This document shows, piece after piece, positions 38,277 through 48,380 of a stretch of 64,000 nucleotides of DNA. The translations under genes and the position numbers were made by a program. Source of the DNA: Candidatus Omnitrophota bacterium. Lineage in GTDB: Bacteria > Omnitrophota > Gorgyraeia > Gygaellales > Profunditerraquicolaceae. How positions within the stretch are numbered: position 1 is the stretch's first letter; every line of letters starts with the position of its first letter. Under the pieces are notes generated by a model. The model was not told where the DNA came from and made no database searches. It saw only the letters and a list, made by a program, of their open reading frames with translations. The stretch spans positions 618,041 through 682,040 of the forward strand of contig JAKLGJ010000001.1 in NCBI GenBank assembly GCA_022710715.1. Reading direction: 5' to 3'.

Positions 38277-39467
38277 TCATATCGTTAGACCATCTTCCCG
38301 GTACGAGCGGGCGATCTTCAGATGATAATCCTCAGGCTTATGCCTGCGGAACGTGCCTTTGTCCAAACGTTCGAGCAGATCGGCAGTCAGCCGCTGCGAA
38401 GCTTTGCCATCGCCCAGGTTATGCTTCCATTTCTTACCGTACAGATTCTCGAATTTTGCCAGAACGGTCTGACACGGATACTCCTCGAAACGGGCGGGAT
38501 CGAATTTAACGCTCGATCTGCAGTCATAAACCTGAGGCCGCTCCGTGGCCTTGCGCATTTGCACAGACGGCACCTGCAGCACCGCGGTCTCCTCTACCAC
38601 CGTTCCCGAATCGGTGATCACTCCCCGGGAATGCGCCATCAGGATGAGCATTTCGGTATACCCGATAGGATCGACCATGATCACGTTTTTAGGCAGTTTG
38701 AACCCGTATTCTTTGAGCACTTTCTGAGTACGGTAACTGGCGGTAAAAAACACTTTGCGTTTAGCTTGTCCGACCAGCGTGAGGATATTCTTGAAAGACG
38801 ACTTGATATGCACATTCTCGCGGCGATGGCAGGTCATCAGGTAAAACTCGCCTTTTTCGATTCCGCGCCTGCGGAAGAATTCCGGAGAAGCCATGCGGTC
38901 GAACTTGTCCTGTACGTCGAAATAGTATTTATTAATCACATCCACGATCAGATTCGTAGTCAGCACGATACTGCCCGGATTAAGCCCCTCGGCGATCCCC
39001 TGCTTCTTATACTCCGGGAAATAGGTATAGATGACGTCGGAAAGATGATCGATCACCGTACGGTATTTCTCCTCCGGCATGCGCCAGTCGTATGAACGCA
39101 TGCACCCTTCGATATGCACAATGGGGATATTCTGCTGCGCCGCAGCCAGGCTGCCCATAACCGTGTTGGTATCTCCCAGGAACACCACGGCCTCCGGCTT
39201 GAGCTTAGCCAGTACCGGGCTTAAGCGGGACACCACCGATGCCACGACTTCCGCGTCATTCGAGCCGGTGGCTCCCAGCTCGATATCCGGGGGAGCGACG
39301 TTCAGGTCCCGGAAGAAAACGTCCTTGAGATTATCCGAGTAATGCTGCCCGGACCAGATGAATACGATATCATGTTTTTTCTGCGCCCTGATCTTGTTCA
39401 GGACCAGCGAAGCCCGGATAACGTCGGGCCGAATGCCCAGGATGATCGCCAATTTCTTCTTAGCCAT
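38277..39467 (-). CDS. wecB: UDP-N-acetylglucosamine 2-epimerase (non-hydrolysing)
   Basis: MAKKKLAIILGIRPDVIRASL, HIEGCMRSYD, TDSGTVVEE motifs. Start 39467 with an AAGGA RBS. Confidence 0.85.
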   Translation of the reverse strand: MAKKKLAIILGIRPDVIRASLVLNKIRAQKKHDIVFIWSGQHYSDNLKDVFFRDLNVAPPDIELGATGSNDAEVVASVVSRLSPVLAKLKPEAVVFLGDTNTVMGSLAAAQQNIPIVHIEGCMRSYDWRMPEEKYRTVIDHLSDVIYTYFPEYKKQGIAEGLNPGSIVLTTNLIVDVINKYYFDVQDKFDRMASPEFFRRRGIEKGEFYLMTCHRRENVHIKSSFKNILTLVGQAKRKVFFTASYRTQKVLKEYGFKLPKNVIMVDPIGYTEMLILMAHSRGVITDSGTVVEETAVLQVPSVQMRKATERPQVYDCRSSVKFDPARFEEYPCQTVLAKFENLYGKKWKHNLGDGKASQRLTADLLERLDKGTFRRHKPEDYHLKIARSYREDGLTI

Positions 39468-40359
39468 GCTTGTTCCTTTCGTAGTGAACGAGTTCCCTGA
39501 TCGCATCTTCCATCGGCCTGGCATGCCGGACCAGCTTCTGCAACGAACGGAAACGGGAACGCAGGATGCGCCGGACCGTGCCGTTGCCCTGCCGGACCTT
39601 GATCAAGGTGATCTTTTTCTTTAAAACGCGCCGCAGGATCTCCAGGAGACGGTACTTGGTCACTGTTCTGTTGGGAGTAAAATGGAATACCGCGGATTTC
39701 TTCCGCAATGACGCAAAAGCGCCGGTGACCATTATCTCCCGGCACAAACGCGCAAATTGCAGGGTGGTGACCCCGTTCCAGTAATGATTGCTGTACCCCC
39801 GGACCCGGGCGCCTGCAGGCAATCCGGCGAACCATTCCCATAATCCGCCCTTTTCGTGAGGACTGGGACCCAGGATCGAACAGCGGATAGTGAGGAAGTT
39901 GTCCGCTGTAGCTTCTCCGGCCAACTTCGTCCTGCCGTAGACGTCCTGGCAGTCCGGCCGCGACCGTTCGGTATAGCCCGGTTTGGTCCCCCGGAACACG
40001 CCGTCCGTAGAAATGTGGATGACCCGGCAACCGTAACCGGACGCCGCTGCGGCCAGCCAGCCGGGAAATTCCGCGTTGATCGCGCGCGCCCGTTTGACCG
40101 ATGCGGCATCGCTCTCGTCGATCTTATTCGCGGTGATACCGATGCAATTTATGCAGTAATCACATCCCCCCGTCTTTTCGATCAGCCGGGCGAACCCGCG
40201 CGGACCATCCAGGACATTAAAATATCCGGCCGCCCGCTTATCGTCCATCCGGGTGCCCGCAACGCGCAAACGGCGATCCTGCCTGAGCAGCCGGTATACC
40301 ATCTGCCCCAGCATTCCGGTTTTACCCAGCACCAGGACCCGCAGCTTACTTTCCGACAA
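39460..40359 (-). CDS. RmlD-family NAD(P)-dependent sugar reductase/epimerase
   Basis: LRVLVLGKTGMLGQ Rossmann motif, YGRTKLAGE YxxxK. No in-frame ATG after the upstream stop; a TTG at 40359 preceded by GGAGG is proposed as the start. Confidence 0.5.
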   Translation of the reverse strand: MSESKLRVLVLGKTGMLGQMVYRLLRQDRRLRVAGTRMDDKRAAGYFNVLDGPRGFARLIEKTGGCDYCINCIGITANKIDESDAASVKRARAINAEFPGWLAAAASGYGCRVIHISTDGVFRGTKPGYTERSRPDCQDVYGRTKLAGEATADNFLTIRCSILGPSPHEKGGLWEWFAGLPAGARVRGYSNHYWNGVTTLQFARLCREIMVTGAFASLRKKSAVFHFTPNRTVTKYRLLEILRRVLKKKITLIKVRQGNGTVRRILRSRFRSLQKLVRHARPMEDAIRELVHYERNKHG

Positions 40360-41626
40360 TGCTGACCTCCGGAAGCGGCACGATGAATGAACCGCCCTGT
40401 TCGAGATAATCAACCCTGCGTTTTTTGACTTCGTTGATGAAACTCCAGGCGAACAAGAGCGCATACTCGGGAAACGCACCCTGTGTAACGGCATCCCAGG
40501 GTTTGATCGCCACATGCGTGCCCGGAGTGTAAAAACCGTGTTTGGCCGGCGCGTCATCCACCACATAGTCAAGGTATTTACCGTCTATCCCGCAGAAATT
40601 CATGATCGTGGTGCCCCGGCCTGAGGCCCCGTAGCCGATAATGGTCTTTCCTCGGCTCTTAAGATCGTTCAGGACCCGCATCAGGGCGGTGCGCGTGCCC
40701 TTGACTTTATCGCCGTACCCCAGGAACGTTTCCGCCTTATCGTACCCGCGTTTTATTTCGTCCGCGCGCATCTTCTCCACCGCCGGGCTGACCGCATCCG
40801 TACGCTTGCCTTTATTCCGGGCATAGAACCTCACTGCCCCGGAACGCACGCCCGGAGTGAATTTCGTGTCGAACATCTCCATACCGTACGTCCCCAGAAA
40901 ATGATCCAGGGCTTTGAGCGAATAATAACTCATGTGTTCGTGGTAGATCATATCGTACTGCATTTCTTCGATCAAGGTGCCCAGGTAATACACTTCAAAA
41001 ATGAATACCCCGTCATCCTTGAGCAGTTTTTTGACCCCCTTGATCACGCTGATCATGTCGTCTATGTGAGCGAAAGAATAACTGGAGGTAATGGCGTCGA
41101 AACGGCCGAATTCCCTGCTGATCCGTTCGCCCACCGCTTCGCAGAAAAAATCGTTGATCACGGTGATGTCCTTGCTCTCGATGGACTTCACCACGTTGGT
41201 CGCCGGATCGACGCCGACGGCTTTGACGCCGAGTTGCGCGAACGGTTTGAGCATCACCCCGTCATTGCAGCCGATCTCGAACACCGAAGGGTTCTTCCTG
41301 TCCTTAAGAAAGCGCTCGGTGGTTTCCCGGGCGAAATCAGCCAGATGGTCGACCAGCGTCCTGATCGCCGAAGAGAAATAAAAATAGTTCTTGAAGAGGA
41401 CCTCGCCGGGGACGACGTTGCTAACCTGCAGCAGACAGCACTTCCGGCAGAAATTAAGTTCGAGCGGATAGAACTTCTCTTCGGAAAATTCGGTGTCCTT
41501 CAGGAACCCTCCGGCCAGAGGCACGTTTCCGAAATCCAGCACTTTCACCAGATCCGTGCTTTCACAAAACCTGCAGGTGGTTCTCTGGGTAAACAAGCCC
41601 AGCGGTCTTTTTTCTTGCGTCTTCAT
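40346..41626 (-). CDS. NDP-hexose C-methyltransferase (TylC3/NovU family) with N-terminal zinc ribbon
   Basis: CRFCES...CRKCC zinc finger; EIGCNDGVMLKPF SAM motif; C-terminal C-methyltransferase domain. AAGGA RBS before the ATG at 41626. Confidence 0.75.
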   Translation of the reverse strand: MKTQEKRPLGLFTQRTTCRFCESTDLVKVLDFGNVPLAGGFLKDTEFSEEKFYPLELNFCRKCCLLQVSNVVPGEVLFKNYFYFSSAIRTLVDHLADFARETTERFLKDRKNPSVFEIGCNDGVMLKPFAQLGVKAVGVDPATNVVKSIESKDITVINDFFCEAVGERISREFGRFDAITSSYSFAHIDDMISVIKGVKKLLKDDGVFIFEVYYLGTLIEEMQYDMIYHEHMSYYSLKALDHFLGTYGMEMFDTKFTPGVRSGAVRFYARNKGKRTDAVSPAVEKMRADEIKRGYDKAETFLGYGDKVKGTRTALMRVLNDLKSRGKTIIGYGASGRGTTIMNFCGIDGKYLDYVVDDAPAKHGFYTPGTHVAIKPWDAVTQGAFPEYALLFAWSFINEVKKRRVDYLEQGGSFIVPLPEVSIVGK

Positions 41627-41642
41627 GGTTGTCCTTTCCGGA

Positions 41643-42380
41643 TTAAACAACTGGCCTGCGCACCCGCGCGCTCTTCAAAGCATAGCGCAGGTATGCGGCG
41701 TATGTTTTCAGATCGTACGTAAAATGTGTTTTGCCCTGGCCGGCCGTCCGGCTGGTCAGGACGTAGGGGATTTCGGCGTACGAGCGCGCCAGCGGCTTGA
41801 CCAGGAACAATTCCTCCATGATCACGGCAAAACCGTTCTCCGTAAGCCTGATCTTTGCCAGGAGAGAAGTCTTCACGGCGCGGAACCCGTTAGTCAAATC
41901 ATGCAGCGGCACACCGGAGAGCAACCGGGCTACGCTGTTCCCGCAAAAGGAAACCAGACGGCGGTGCCAGGGCACGCCGGAAACCCCGGCGTTTTTCCCG
42001 TACCGGCTGGCCTTGATATAATCTACTCCTTCAAGCATGCGATCGTAAAACGCGCGCAGATACCGGGGATGATTGGTCAGATCGCTGTCCATGAAGAGCA
42101 CATATTCGTAACCGTTATCGATGGCAAACGCTATCCCCGTGCGCAGGGCCGCGCCATAGCCTTTATTCCGCGGGTGGACGATAACCGTAACGATATCCGG
42201 GGACGCCGCCGCGCATTCTTCAAGCAGCGCGCGCGTGCGATCGGCCGATCCATCGTCGACCAGGACCAGCCTGACTTCAGCCGGCAACGACCGGACGCCG
42301 GCCAGGATCGTCCCAACGCTCTGCCGGGCGTGGCGTTCTTCATTATACATGGGGATAACGATACAGGCGCGTTTGATCAT
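41643..42380 (-). CDS. GT2 polyprenyl-phosphate glycosyltransferase (DPM1/ArnC-like)
   Basis: CIVIPMYNEE...LVDDGSAD...MDSDL motifs; 245 aa. Confidence 0.8.
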   Translation of the reverse strand: MIKRACIVIPMYNEERHARQSVGTILAGVRSLPAEVRLVLVDDGSADRTRALLEECAAASPDIVTVIVHPRNKGYGAALRTGIAFAIDNGYEYVLFMDSDLTNHPRYLRAFYDRMLEGVDYIKASRYGKNAGVSGVPWHRRLVSFCGNSVARLLSGVPLHDLTNGFRAVKTSLLAKIRLTENGFAVIMEELFLVKPLARSYAEIPYVLTSRTAGQGKTHFTYDLKTYAAYLRYALKSARVRRPVV

Positions 42381-42381
42381 C

Positions 42382-43107
42382 TTAAAACCAGCTTACTCCC
42401 AGCCGATGCATGCAGCCCCGGTACAGCAGCCAGAGATAGCCGATGCCCTCTTTGTACAGTTTAAAATCCCTGCTTAAGGGGATATCCTTGAACGCGGAAA
42501 CCAGATACGCGACGCGGCCGCGGGCCAGCAGGGCTTTAAAGGTGATCTCGGGAGAAATGCTGAAACCGTTCTGGGTCAATCCCAGGGCCTGCAGGAAGAC
42601 CCGGTCGAACATCTTGAAGCCGTACGTGGAATCATTGATGTTCAAACCCAGCATGACCCGGGTCAATCCGCGGTACACGGACTGATACAATTTGAACCGT
42701 AACGGGATGTTCTTCCCGTTACCGGTATGCGCGTACCTGACCGCCTGCACCACCTGGAATCCTTTGCGGATCTCAACCAGCATGCGCGGGATCATCCCGC
42801 TATCGTCGTCGCCGTGCGCGGAAAGAAGCACGGCGTACTGGCTGGTAGAATACGCCAGGCCGAAGCGCACCAGCGCGCCGTAACTGCGTATGCCGCCGTT
42901 GAGCCGCAGGAAAGTGAATTTTATCCAGGGGTATTTTGCGCGCACGTACGCCACGATATCTTCGGCCGCAACCGCCTGTTCGTTGGCCACCACGATCAGA
43001 TCGATATCCGCGGGATTGGTCATCAGATACCCCGAAAGCTCGTCGATCAACCGGGGCAGCCGGTCGGTCGAATAAATACACGGCACTATGATGGAGAGCT
43101 CGTTCAT
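42382..43107 (-). CDS. GT2-like protein, divergent paralog (catalytic acidic motifs degenerate)
   Basis: SIIVPCIYSTD...IVVANEQ...SAHGDDD has the GT2-A fold layout but non-canonical DxD and DD positions. Confidence 0.5.
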   Translation of the reverse strand: MNELSIIVPCIYSTDRLPRLIDELSGYLMTNPADIDLIVVANEQAVAAEDIVAYVRAKYPWIKFTFLRLNGGIRSYGALVRFGLAYSTSQYAVLLSAHGDDDSGMIPRMLVEIRKGFQVVQAVRYAHTGNGKNIPLRFKLYQSVYRGLTRVMLGLNINDSTYGFKMFDRVFLQALGLTQNGFSISPEITFKALLARGRVAYLVSAFKDIPLSRDFKLYKEGIGYLWLLYRGCMHRLGVSWF

Positions 43108-43111
43108 ACGT

Positions 43112-44086
43112 TTAGATATTTTGTTTGATGACTTTTCCCAACGGAGAATTATATTCCGAGATCAACGGCTTCAGATAGAGAAAATTCGAGAACCTGCTCA
43201 CAAAGGAGTTTTTGACCCGCCCCTCTTCCAGGATGGCTTTCAATTCCCGGATCCCGTCCTCCAGGGAAAAACGGGGTTTGAACCCCAGCTCTCTGGTCGC
43301 CTTGGCGCTGGATACCCGGTAATTACGATTATCCTGGAACATGGTATCGCTGGCCTCGACGCTCATGCGGGGGAAGAATTTCTGCAAACGCCGGGACAGT
43401 TCCAGAATAGTGGTATTTTCCGCCGCCAGATTATATATCCCCTTTTCTTTCCTGTCCAGACAGGCGCAGATAGCCGCGGCGGCATCGCGCACGTGCAAAT
43501 GCGGCCGGTACTGCTGGCCGCCGAATATGCTGATCCGGCCGTGCATCACCGCCCGCATCACCAGGGTATTCACCACCAGATCGAAACGGATGCGGGAAAA
43601 AGCGTCGCTGACCCCGAACAGAGTGCCCAATCGGAAGATCAAAGCATCGGTATCTTTCAGGATCATTTCCGCCTGGAGCTTGGAACGCGCGTACGAAGAA
43701 AGCGGATTCAAGGATGACTTTTCGTCCAGTTCTCCGGCAGCCGCGCCATAGACCGAACAGGTGGACATGAAAATGATCTTCCCGCCGAAAGTATCTTTCA
43801 GGAAACGCAGGGAATCGGTATTGACCTGGCGGGTGAATATTTCGCTTAAACTGCAGGCGGGGTCTCCCACCAGCGCCGCCAGCCAGATAACCGTATCCGC
43901 CCAGCGCAATGCTTCTTTAAGCCTGGCGGTATCCCGGATATCCCCGTACACGAACGGCACATTCTTGCGGTAGGTTTCCTCGTAAAGCAGCAGGTCATAT
44001 ACGCGCAGCTCGTGTTTCGAGCCGAGCAGTATATCGGTGACCGCGCCTCCCAGGTAGCCTGCCCCGCCGACGATCAGAATTTTCAT
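43112..44086 (-). CDS. NAD-dependent epimerase/dehydratase (UDP-glucuronate decarboxylase/ArnA C-terminal-like SDR)
   Basis: MKILIVGGAGYLGG, YARSKLQAE; 324 aa. Confidence 0.75.
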   Translation of the reverse strand: MKILIVGGAGYLGGAVTDILLGSKHELRVYDLLLYEETYRKNVPFVYGDIRDTARLKEALRWADTVIWLAALVGDPACSLSEIFTRQVNTDSLRFLKDTFGGKIIFMSTCSVYGAAAGELDEKSSLNPLSSYARSKLQAEMILKDTDALIFRLGTLFGVSDAFSRIRFDLVVNTLVMRAVMHGRISIFGGQQYRPHLHVRDAAAAICACLDRKEKGIYNLAAENTTILELSRRLQKFFPRMSVEASDTMFQDNRNYRVSSAKATRELGFKPRFSLEDGIRELKAILEEGRVKNSFVSRFSNFLYLKPLISEYNSPLGKVIKQNI

Positions 44087-44098
44087 AGGAGTGCTCTT

Positions 44099-44539
44099 TT
44101 ATCGTTCAATGACCTGCCAGGGATCCCAGTATCTGGCGTCGAAACGGAAATCGTCGCTTTTGCTCTCTTCAAGGGTTGACGTCGAGAAAAAGATCAGCCG
44201 GGCGTCTTCCGAGAGATTCATGAATCCGTTGGCGTACCCGGCCGGAATGTACAGAATCGACGGTTTAGTCGCCGAAAGGACGAAGCGCTGGACGGGAAGC
44301 TCCCGGGAAGGCTTCTCCCAGTTATCGATCCTGACCGCGGCGACTAACGCCGAACCGGCCGCCGCGAAAACGTATTTAGACTCTTTCTTATGCCCATGCC
44401 AGGCCCTGACAAAATTCATGCGATGATTGGCAACCGCGTAAAAACGTTTGACCTGGGAAAGATCGAATCCGTTAACGAACGAAACCGACCCCCGGTCATC
44501 GACAAACACTTCCCCCTGGATCAATCCCGGTTCATACAT
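44099..44539 (-). CDS. RmlC-like cupin (dTDP-sugar 3,5-epimerase/isomerase family)
   Basis: 146 aa cupin. Start MYEPGL at 44539 is supported by an AGGAGGTGA RBS 5 nt upstream; the track's earlier start was rejected. Confidence 0.55.
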   Translation of the reverse strand: MYEPGLIQGEVFVDDRGSVSFVNGFDLSQVKRFYAVANHRMNFVRAWHGHKKESKYVFAAAGSALVAAVRIDNWEKPSRELPVQRFVLSATKPSILYIPAGYANGFMNLSEDARLIFFSTSTLEESKSDDFRFDARYWDPWQVIER

Positions 44540-44564
44540 CGTATCACCTCCTGTAAAGAAAATA

Positions 44565-46025
44565 TTATACTTTTTCCCCTCGAGATTCACAAGCGTTATC
44601 TTTGCGGGAAGCCGCGTACGTGATGCTCATAACCGTCCATAACCACGGATGCATCCACAGATAGAACGTCTGATGCCCTAAAAGCAAACCGACAAAAAGC
44701 GAAAAGAAAACCGGCAGCACGTAATCATCCTTATGGCGTAACCAAACCGCTTTTTTCAGATTGGAGACGCATGAGCCAATAATGACACACACGAGCCCGA
44801 TCAGCCCGATAAATCCGGGCAAACCCGTTTCCGCGAAAGCGTTGATGAAAATATTGAATATGCTGGTAACGGAATGCGGCATGGCAGCTTTATTGAGGAT
44901 CCGTTCACGAAGCGGCAACCAGGGAAGAAAGTTTTCATCCAAAGCCTTATTCCGGACCCGCTCGGAGTACCCGTCGAAAAACCGGGCAGTTTCGCCTATG
45001 CCTATGCCGAGGAAGGGATGGTCCAGGCCCATGACTATTCCGGCCAGTACTCCCCTGGCCCGGATCTCGAATGACCCGGCCACCATCGGCGCTGCCCAGC
45101 GGTTCTTGACCGCATTCGCGGTGGTATCTACGACTATCAGATCGGGCGGGCTCGGAGCGCCGGTTTCGCCGGGATGCACCAAAGCGGCAGCCTGCATGGT
45201 CTGCTGCCGCTTAAGAATGAAAAAATTCCGTATGGTAACGATATTCAGCAGAAAGACAAAACAAACGATAAAGACCAGAAAAAAAACCCCGGCCGGTATT
45301 TTCTCTCTGGCGGGCAGCAGGAAGATAAGCAAAAGGAAAAACACCATGGTGACCAGATGGAATATTTTTACTGCCGGCAGGATGCTCACAAACAGCCAGA
45401 GGCATATTCCCGCGCCGAGCAGGACACGCGTTGGGGCATGTTTTTCCCGCAAGTAGACCGCCAAAAGACCGGCGCCGCACAGGATCAAAGCGTAAGCAAG
45501 ATACTGCGCGATCTCATTGCCGACGATAGAATGCTGGAATCGGGTATGAAAAACCAGGTCATTCTTCAGGTAGATCGCCAGACTGTGCACTCCGAGAATA
45601 AAAGAATCAACCGCCAGGCACGCCAGAGACGCACGCAACAGATGCCTGTCCCTGAGCACGTTGGTCAGAAAGAAAACCAAGAGGCTGTACGGCACCATCA
45701 GCAGCGCCAGGATCAGGCTTTGACGGACATCCGCCGCCCCCAACACGGAAGTGAAATTAGCCAGCGCCACCAGCCCCAGGAAAAAATACAATCCGGGAGC
45801 GCGCATGACCTTCGTTTGTTTTTTGACCACCAGCCTCATCCAGAGCACGAATCCCAGCAGAAGCAACACTTTGGTCGCTTTGAACTGAAAAACAAACCCG
45901 CTCAGCGTGAACCCGAAAGCGTTGAACGGCAGGAACAGCGCAAACAATAACACGCAGATGTTGATCACCCGGCGCCGGGGATCACGCAGACAACTGGAAA
46001 CATCGCTCAATAACGTTGGTAGCAT
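44565..46025 (-). CDS. Wzy-type O-antigen polymerase/ligase-family membrane protein
   Basis: About 12 TM segments and the Wzy_C-like motif AAMPHSVTSIFNIFINAFAETGLPGFIG. Lower GC than the flanks. Start MLPTLL at 46025, 1 nt after the upstream TGA. Confidence 0.65.
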   Translation of the reverse strand: MLPTLLSDVSSCLRDPRRRVINICVLLFALFLPFNAFGFTLSGFVFQFKATKVLLLLGFVLWMRLVVKKQTKVMRAPGLYFFLGLVALANFTSVLGAADVRQSLILALLMVPYSLLVFFLTNVLRDRHLLRASLACLAVDSFILGVHSLAIYLKNDLVFHTRFQHSIVGNEIAQYLAYALILCGAGLLAVYLREKHAPTRVLLGAGICLWLFVSILPAVKIFHLVTMVFFLLLIFLLPAREKIPAGVFFLVFIVCFVFLLNIVTIRNFFILKRQQTMQAAALVHPGETGAPSPPDLIVVDTTANAVKNRWAAPMVAGSFEIRARGVLAGIVMGLDHPFLGIGIGETARFFDGYSERVRNKALDENFLPWLPLRERILNKAAMPHSVTSIFNIFINAFAETGLPGFIGLIGLVCVIIGSCVSNLKKAVWLRHKDDYVLPVFFSLFVGLLLGHQTFYLWMHPWLWTVMSITYAASRKDNACESRGEKV

Positions 46026-46026
46026 A

Positions 46027-47178
46027 TCAGCCTTTCCGTAGATATATCTGCTCATACTGTTGCGCGACCCGTAAAAAATCAAATCGCGCTTCGATACAAC
46101 CGAGGGCGCGCGCAGTGACCTGCTCGGAAAACGCCCGGTTATCCAGGATCCTGTCGATCTGATCCGCCAGCCTCTGCTCATCTTCCGGCGGAAAGAGCAA
46201 GCCGTTGTACCCGTCATCGATTATCTCTTGAATGCTGGGGATGGCGGACGCGATCACCGGCAGGCCGCTCGCCATGGCTTCCAGCAGAACATTCGGCATC
46301 CCTTCGGAATACGACGGCAGCACAAAAACGTCGGCCGCGCGATACCACCTGGCCACATCGGCGCTGGCGCCGGCAAAAACAACTTTGTGCGCGCTGCCGC
46401 AGTGCGCAGCGAAATCAATAAGTTTTTTCCTTAAAACGCCGTCGCCCACGATACTCAGGAAACAGTCGTGTTTAACCAGCGACAAAGCTTTGATCAGGGT
46501 GGCAACATTCTTTTCCGGGCCCAGCCGTCCGACAAAGAGCACCATATCCCCCTCCGGCTGAACCTCCAGGAGTTGCGCGCGCAGCGCCTCTTTCTTCCCG
46601 GCTCCTGCCAGGGAATAACGCTGCCGGTCGATGCCGTTGGGAATAGTTACCACCCGCTTGAATCCGGCTTTTTCGGATTCGCGCCTGGTCTCCTCATTCA
46701 CGCAAACGATGGTCGCTTTGCAGCCGTTGATCAAGTTTACCAGCGTCCTCCAACCCCTCAGCGTTTTCAGAACCGCGATATCGCCGGTGGCATTGCCCGC
46801 CCCGTTCTTGACCACCACGGTCTTATTGCGCAGCACGCAGGCGGCCAGGCCGGCGACAACTCCCGAAGTGTAGATTTGATGGGCATGGATAACCGAATAT
46901 CTGCCCTGGAGCATCACTAACAGGGAGACGCCGAACAGCGCATACAAACCCGCATTCAGAAAAGCGCAACCTTTCAAGAAAGGGATCCGCACCACCCGGA
47001 TCCCCTCGATCCGGCCGAACAGGGAGAGTTTTTGCCGGCGCCAAACGTCGGTATAGGTTGGCGAAATAAAAAAAACCTGATGGTCTCTCTTCTTCAACAC
47101 AGCTGCCAGCTGCAAAGCCTGGCGTTCCATCCCGCCGGTCTGCGTATCGATATTCGCGATCAAGAAAACGATCTTCAT
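46027..47178 (-). CDS. GT4 glycosyltransferase
   Basis: MKIVFLIANIDTQTGGMERQ...VLPSYSEGMPNVLLEAMASGLPVIAS. Confidence 0.85.
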   Translation of the reverse strand: MKIVFLIANIDTQTGGMERQALQLAAVLKKRDHQVFFISPTYTDVWRRQKLSLFGRIEGIRVVRIPFLKGCAFLNAGLYALFGVSLLVMLQGRYSVIHAHQIYTSGVVAGLAACVLRNKTVVVKNGAGNATGDIAVLKTLRGWRTLVNLINGCKATIVCVNEETRRESEKAGFKRVVTIPNGIDRQRYSLAGAGKKEALRAQLLEVQPEGDMVLFVGRLGPEKNVATLIKALSLVKHDCFLSIVGDGVLRKKLIDFAAHCGSAHKVVFAGASADVARWYRAADVFVLPSYSEGMPNVLLEAMASGLPVIASAIPSIQEIIDDGYNGLLFPPEDEQRLADQIDRILDNRAFSEQVTARALGCIEARFDFLRVAQQYEQIYLRKG

Positions 47179-47179
47179 A

Positions 47180-48370
47180 CTAGTAAGCGGCCTTCCCGGT
47201 TTGCTCCAGAAGCCTGCCATAGAGCATTTCGTATAATTCGGCGGTTCGTCCCATCGAATAGCGGCTTTCCGCCAGATGCCGGGAGTACAGTCCCATCGCT
47301 ATCGTCTCTACCGGATGGCGCAAACAGTACTCCATGGCGCCGGACAGCGCCCTTGGTGAATGGATATCGCATAAAAAACCGTTACTGCCCTTCAGCACGC
47401 CCGGCGAAAAAGGTTCCCCTTTATCGATCAGATCGGGATTGCCTCCCTGATCGCTCAAGATCAAAGGCAACCCGGCAGCCATCGCTTCCAATGCGGCGTT
47501 GGATAACCCTTCGGTCAATGAAGGGAGCACAAAAACATGCGCCCCGGACAGGAAGCGGCTTACAGCGCCGGTCGCACCGCAAAAGCGCACCGATCCGCCC
47601 ACGCCGGCGGCGCGCGCTTGCTGCTCGAGGCGCATCCTCTCCGGTCCAGCGCCGACCAGCAGCATCTCAAAAGAACCTGCCCATGCTCTCTGTAACTGAC
47701 GCGCGCTCTCGATCATTGCCGCCGCATTTTTCTTGGCCGTCAGACTACCCACAAAAACAAAAACCGTCTTTTCGGCAGGATGATGCGCAATCTTCTCGCC
47801 TATCTCAACGCCATTGGGGATCGACGCAATCTTATCTTCCAGTACGCCCGCGCTGCGCAGATCGGTTTTTACCGCAGCGCTGGTAGCCACGAACACATCC
47901 ACCTGTCGTTTAACCAGACGTTCCCCGATGAACCCGGCTAAACCATCCTTTTTGAGCATGGCCAGGTCAAAACGGACGCCGGAATTGGCGATCTTGCACA
48001 CCACGGGCTTGCGCGCTATTTTTTTCGCTACTGCCGCTGAAAACACCGGCCACAGTCCCTGATGCACATGCATCAGCTCAAAAGAAGCCGAAGCGCGAAC
48101 AAGCTCATAGGCCATTCCATAGCGGCATAAACCGCCCAGTCCCGCTATCTTCTTATCTTTTACCACGACAACCGGATAGCCCACACGGAAAACCTCGACC
48201 CCTTCGACGGTATCCCAGCCGGGACGCGCGGGATAATTACAGGCGGTATACACGCGCACCTCATGCCCGCGCTTCAGCAGCTCTTTGGACAATTTAAGGC
48301 ATTGCCGCTCCGCTCCGCCGACGATCGGCGCGAATTGACCGATAACCATCGCCACTTTGAATCTGCGCAC
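47180..48370 (-). CDS. GT4 glycosyltransferase
   Basis: MVIGQFAPIVGGAERQ...VLPSLTEGLSNAALEAMAAGLPLILS. Confidence 0.85.
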   Translation of the reverse strand: MRRFKVAMVIGQFAPIVGGAERQCLKLSKELLKRGHEVRVYTACNYPARPGWDTVEGVEVFRVGYPVVVVKDKKIAGLGGLCRYGMAYELVRASASFELMHVHQGLWPVFSAAVAKKIARKPVVCKIANSGVRFDLAMLKKDGLAGFIGERLVKRQVDVFVATSAAVKTDLRSAGVLEDKIASIPNGVEIGEKIAHHPAEKTVFVFVGSLTAKKNAAAMIESARQLQRAWAGSFEMLLVGAGPERMRLEQQARAAGVGGSVRFCGATGAVSRFLSGAHVFVLPSLTEGLSNAALEAMAAGLPLILSDQGGNPDLIDKGEPFSPGVLKGSNGFLCDIHSPRALSGAMEYCLRHPVETIAMGLYSRHLAESRYSMGRTAELYEMLYGRLLEQTGKAAY

Positions 48371-48380
48371 TGATCAGGCC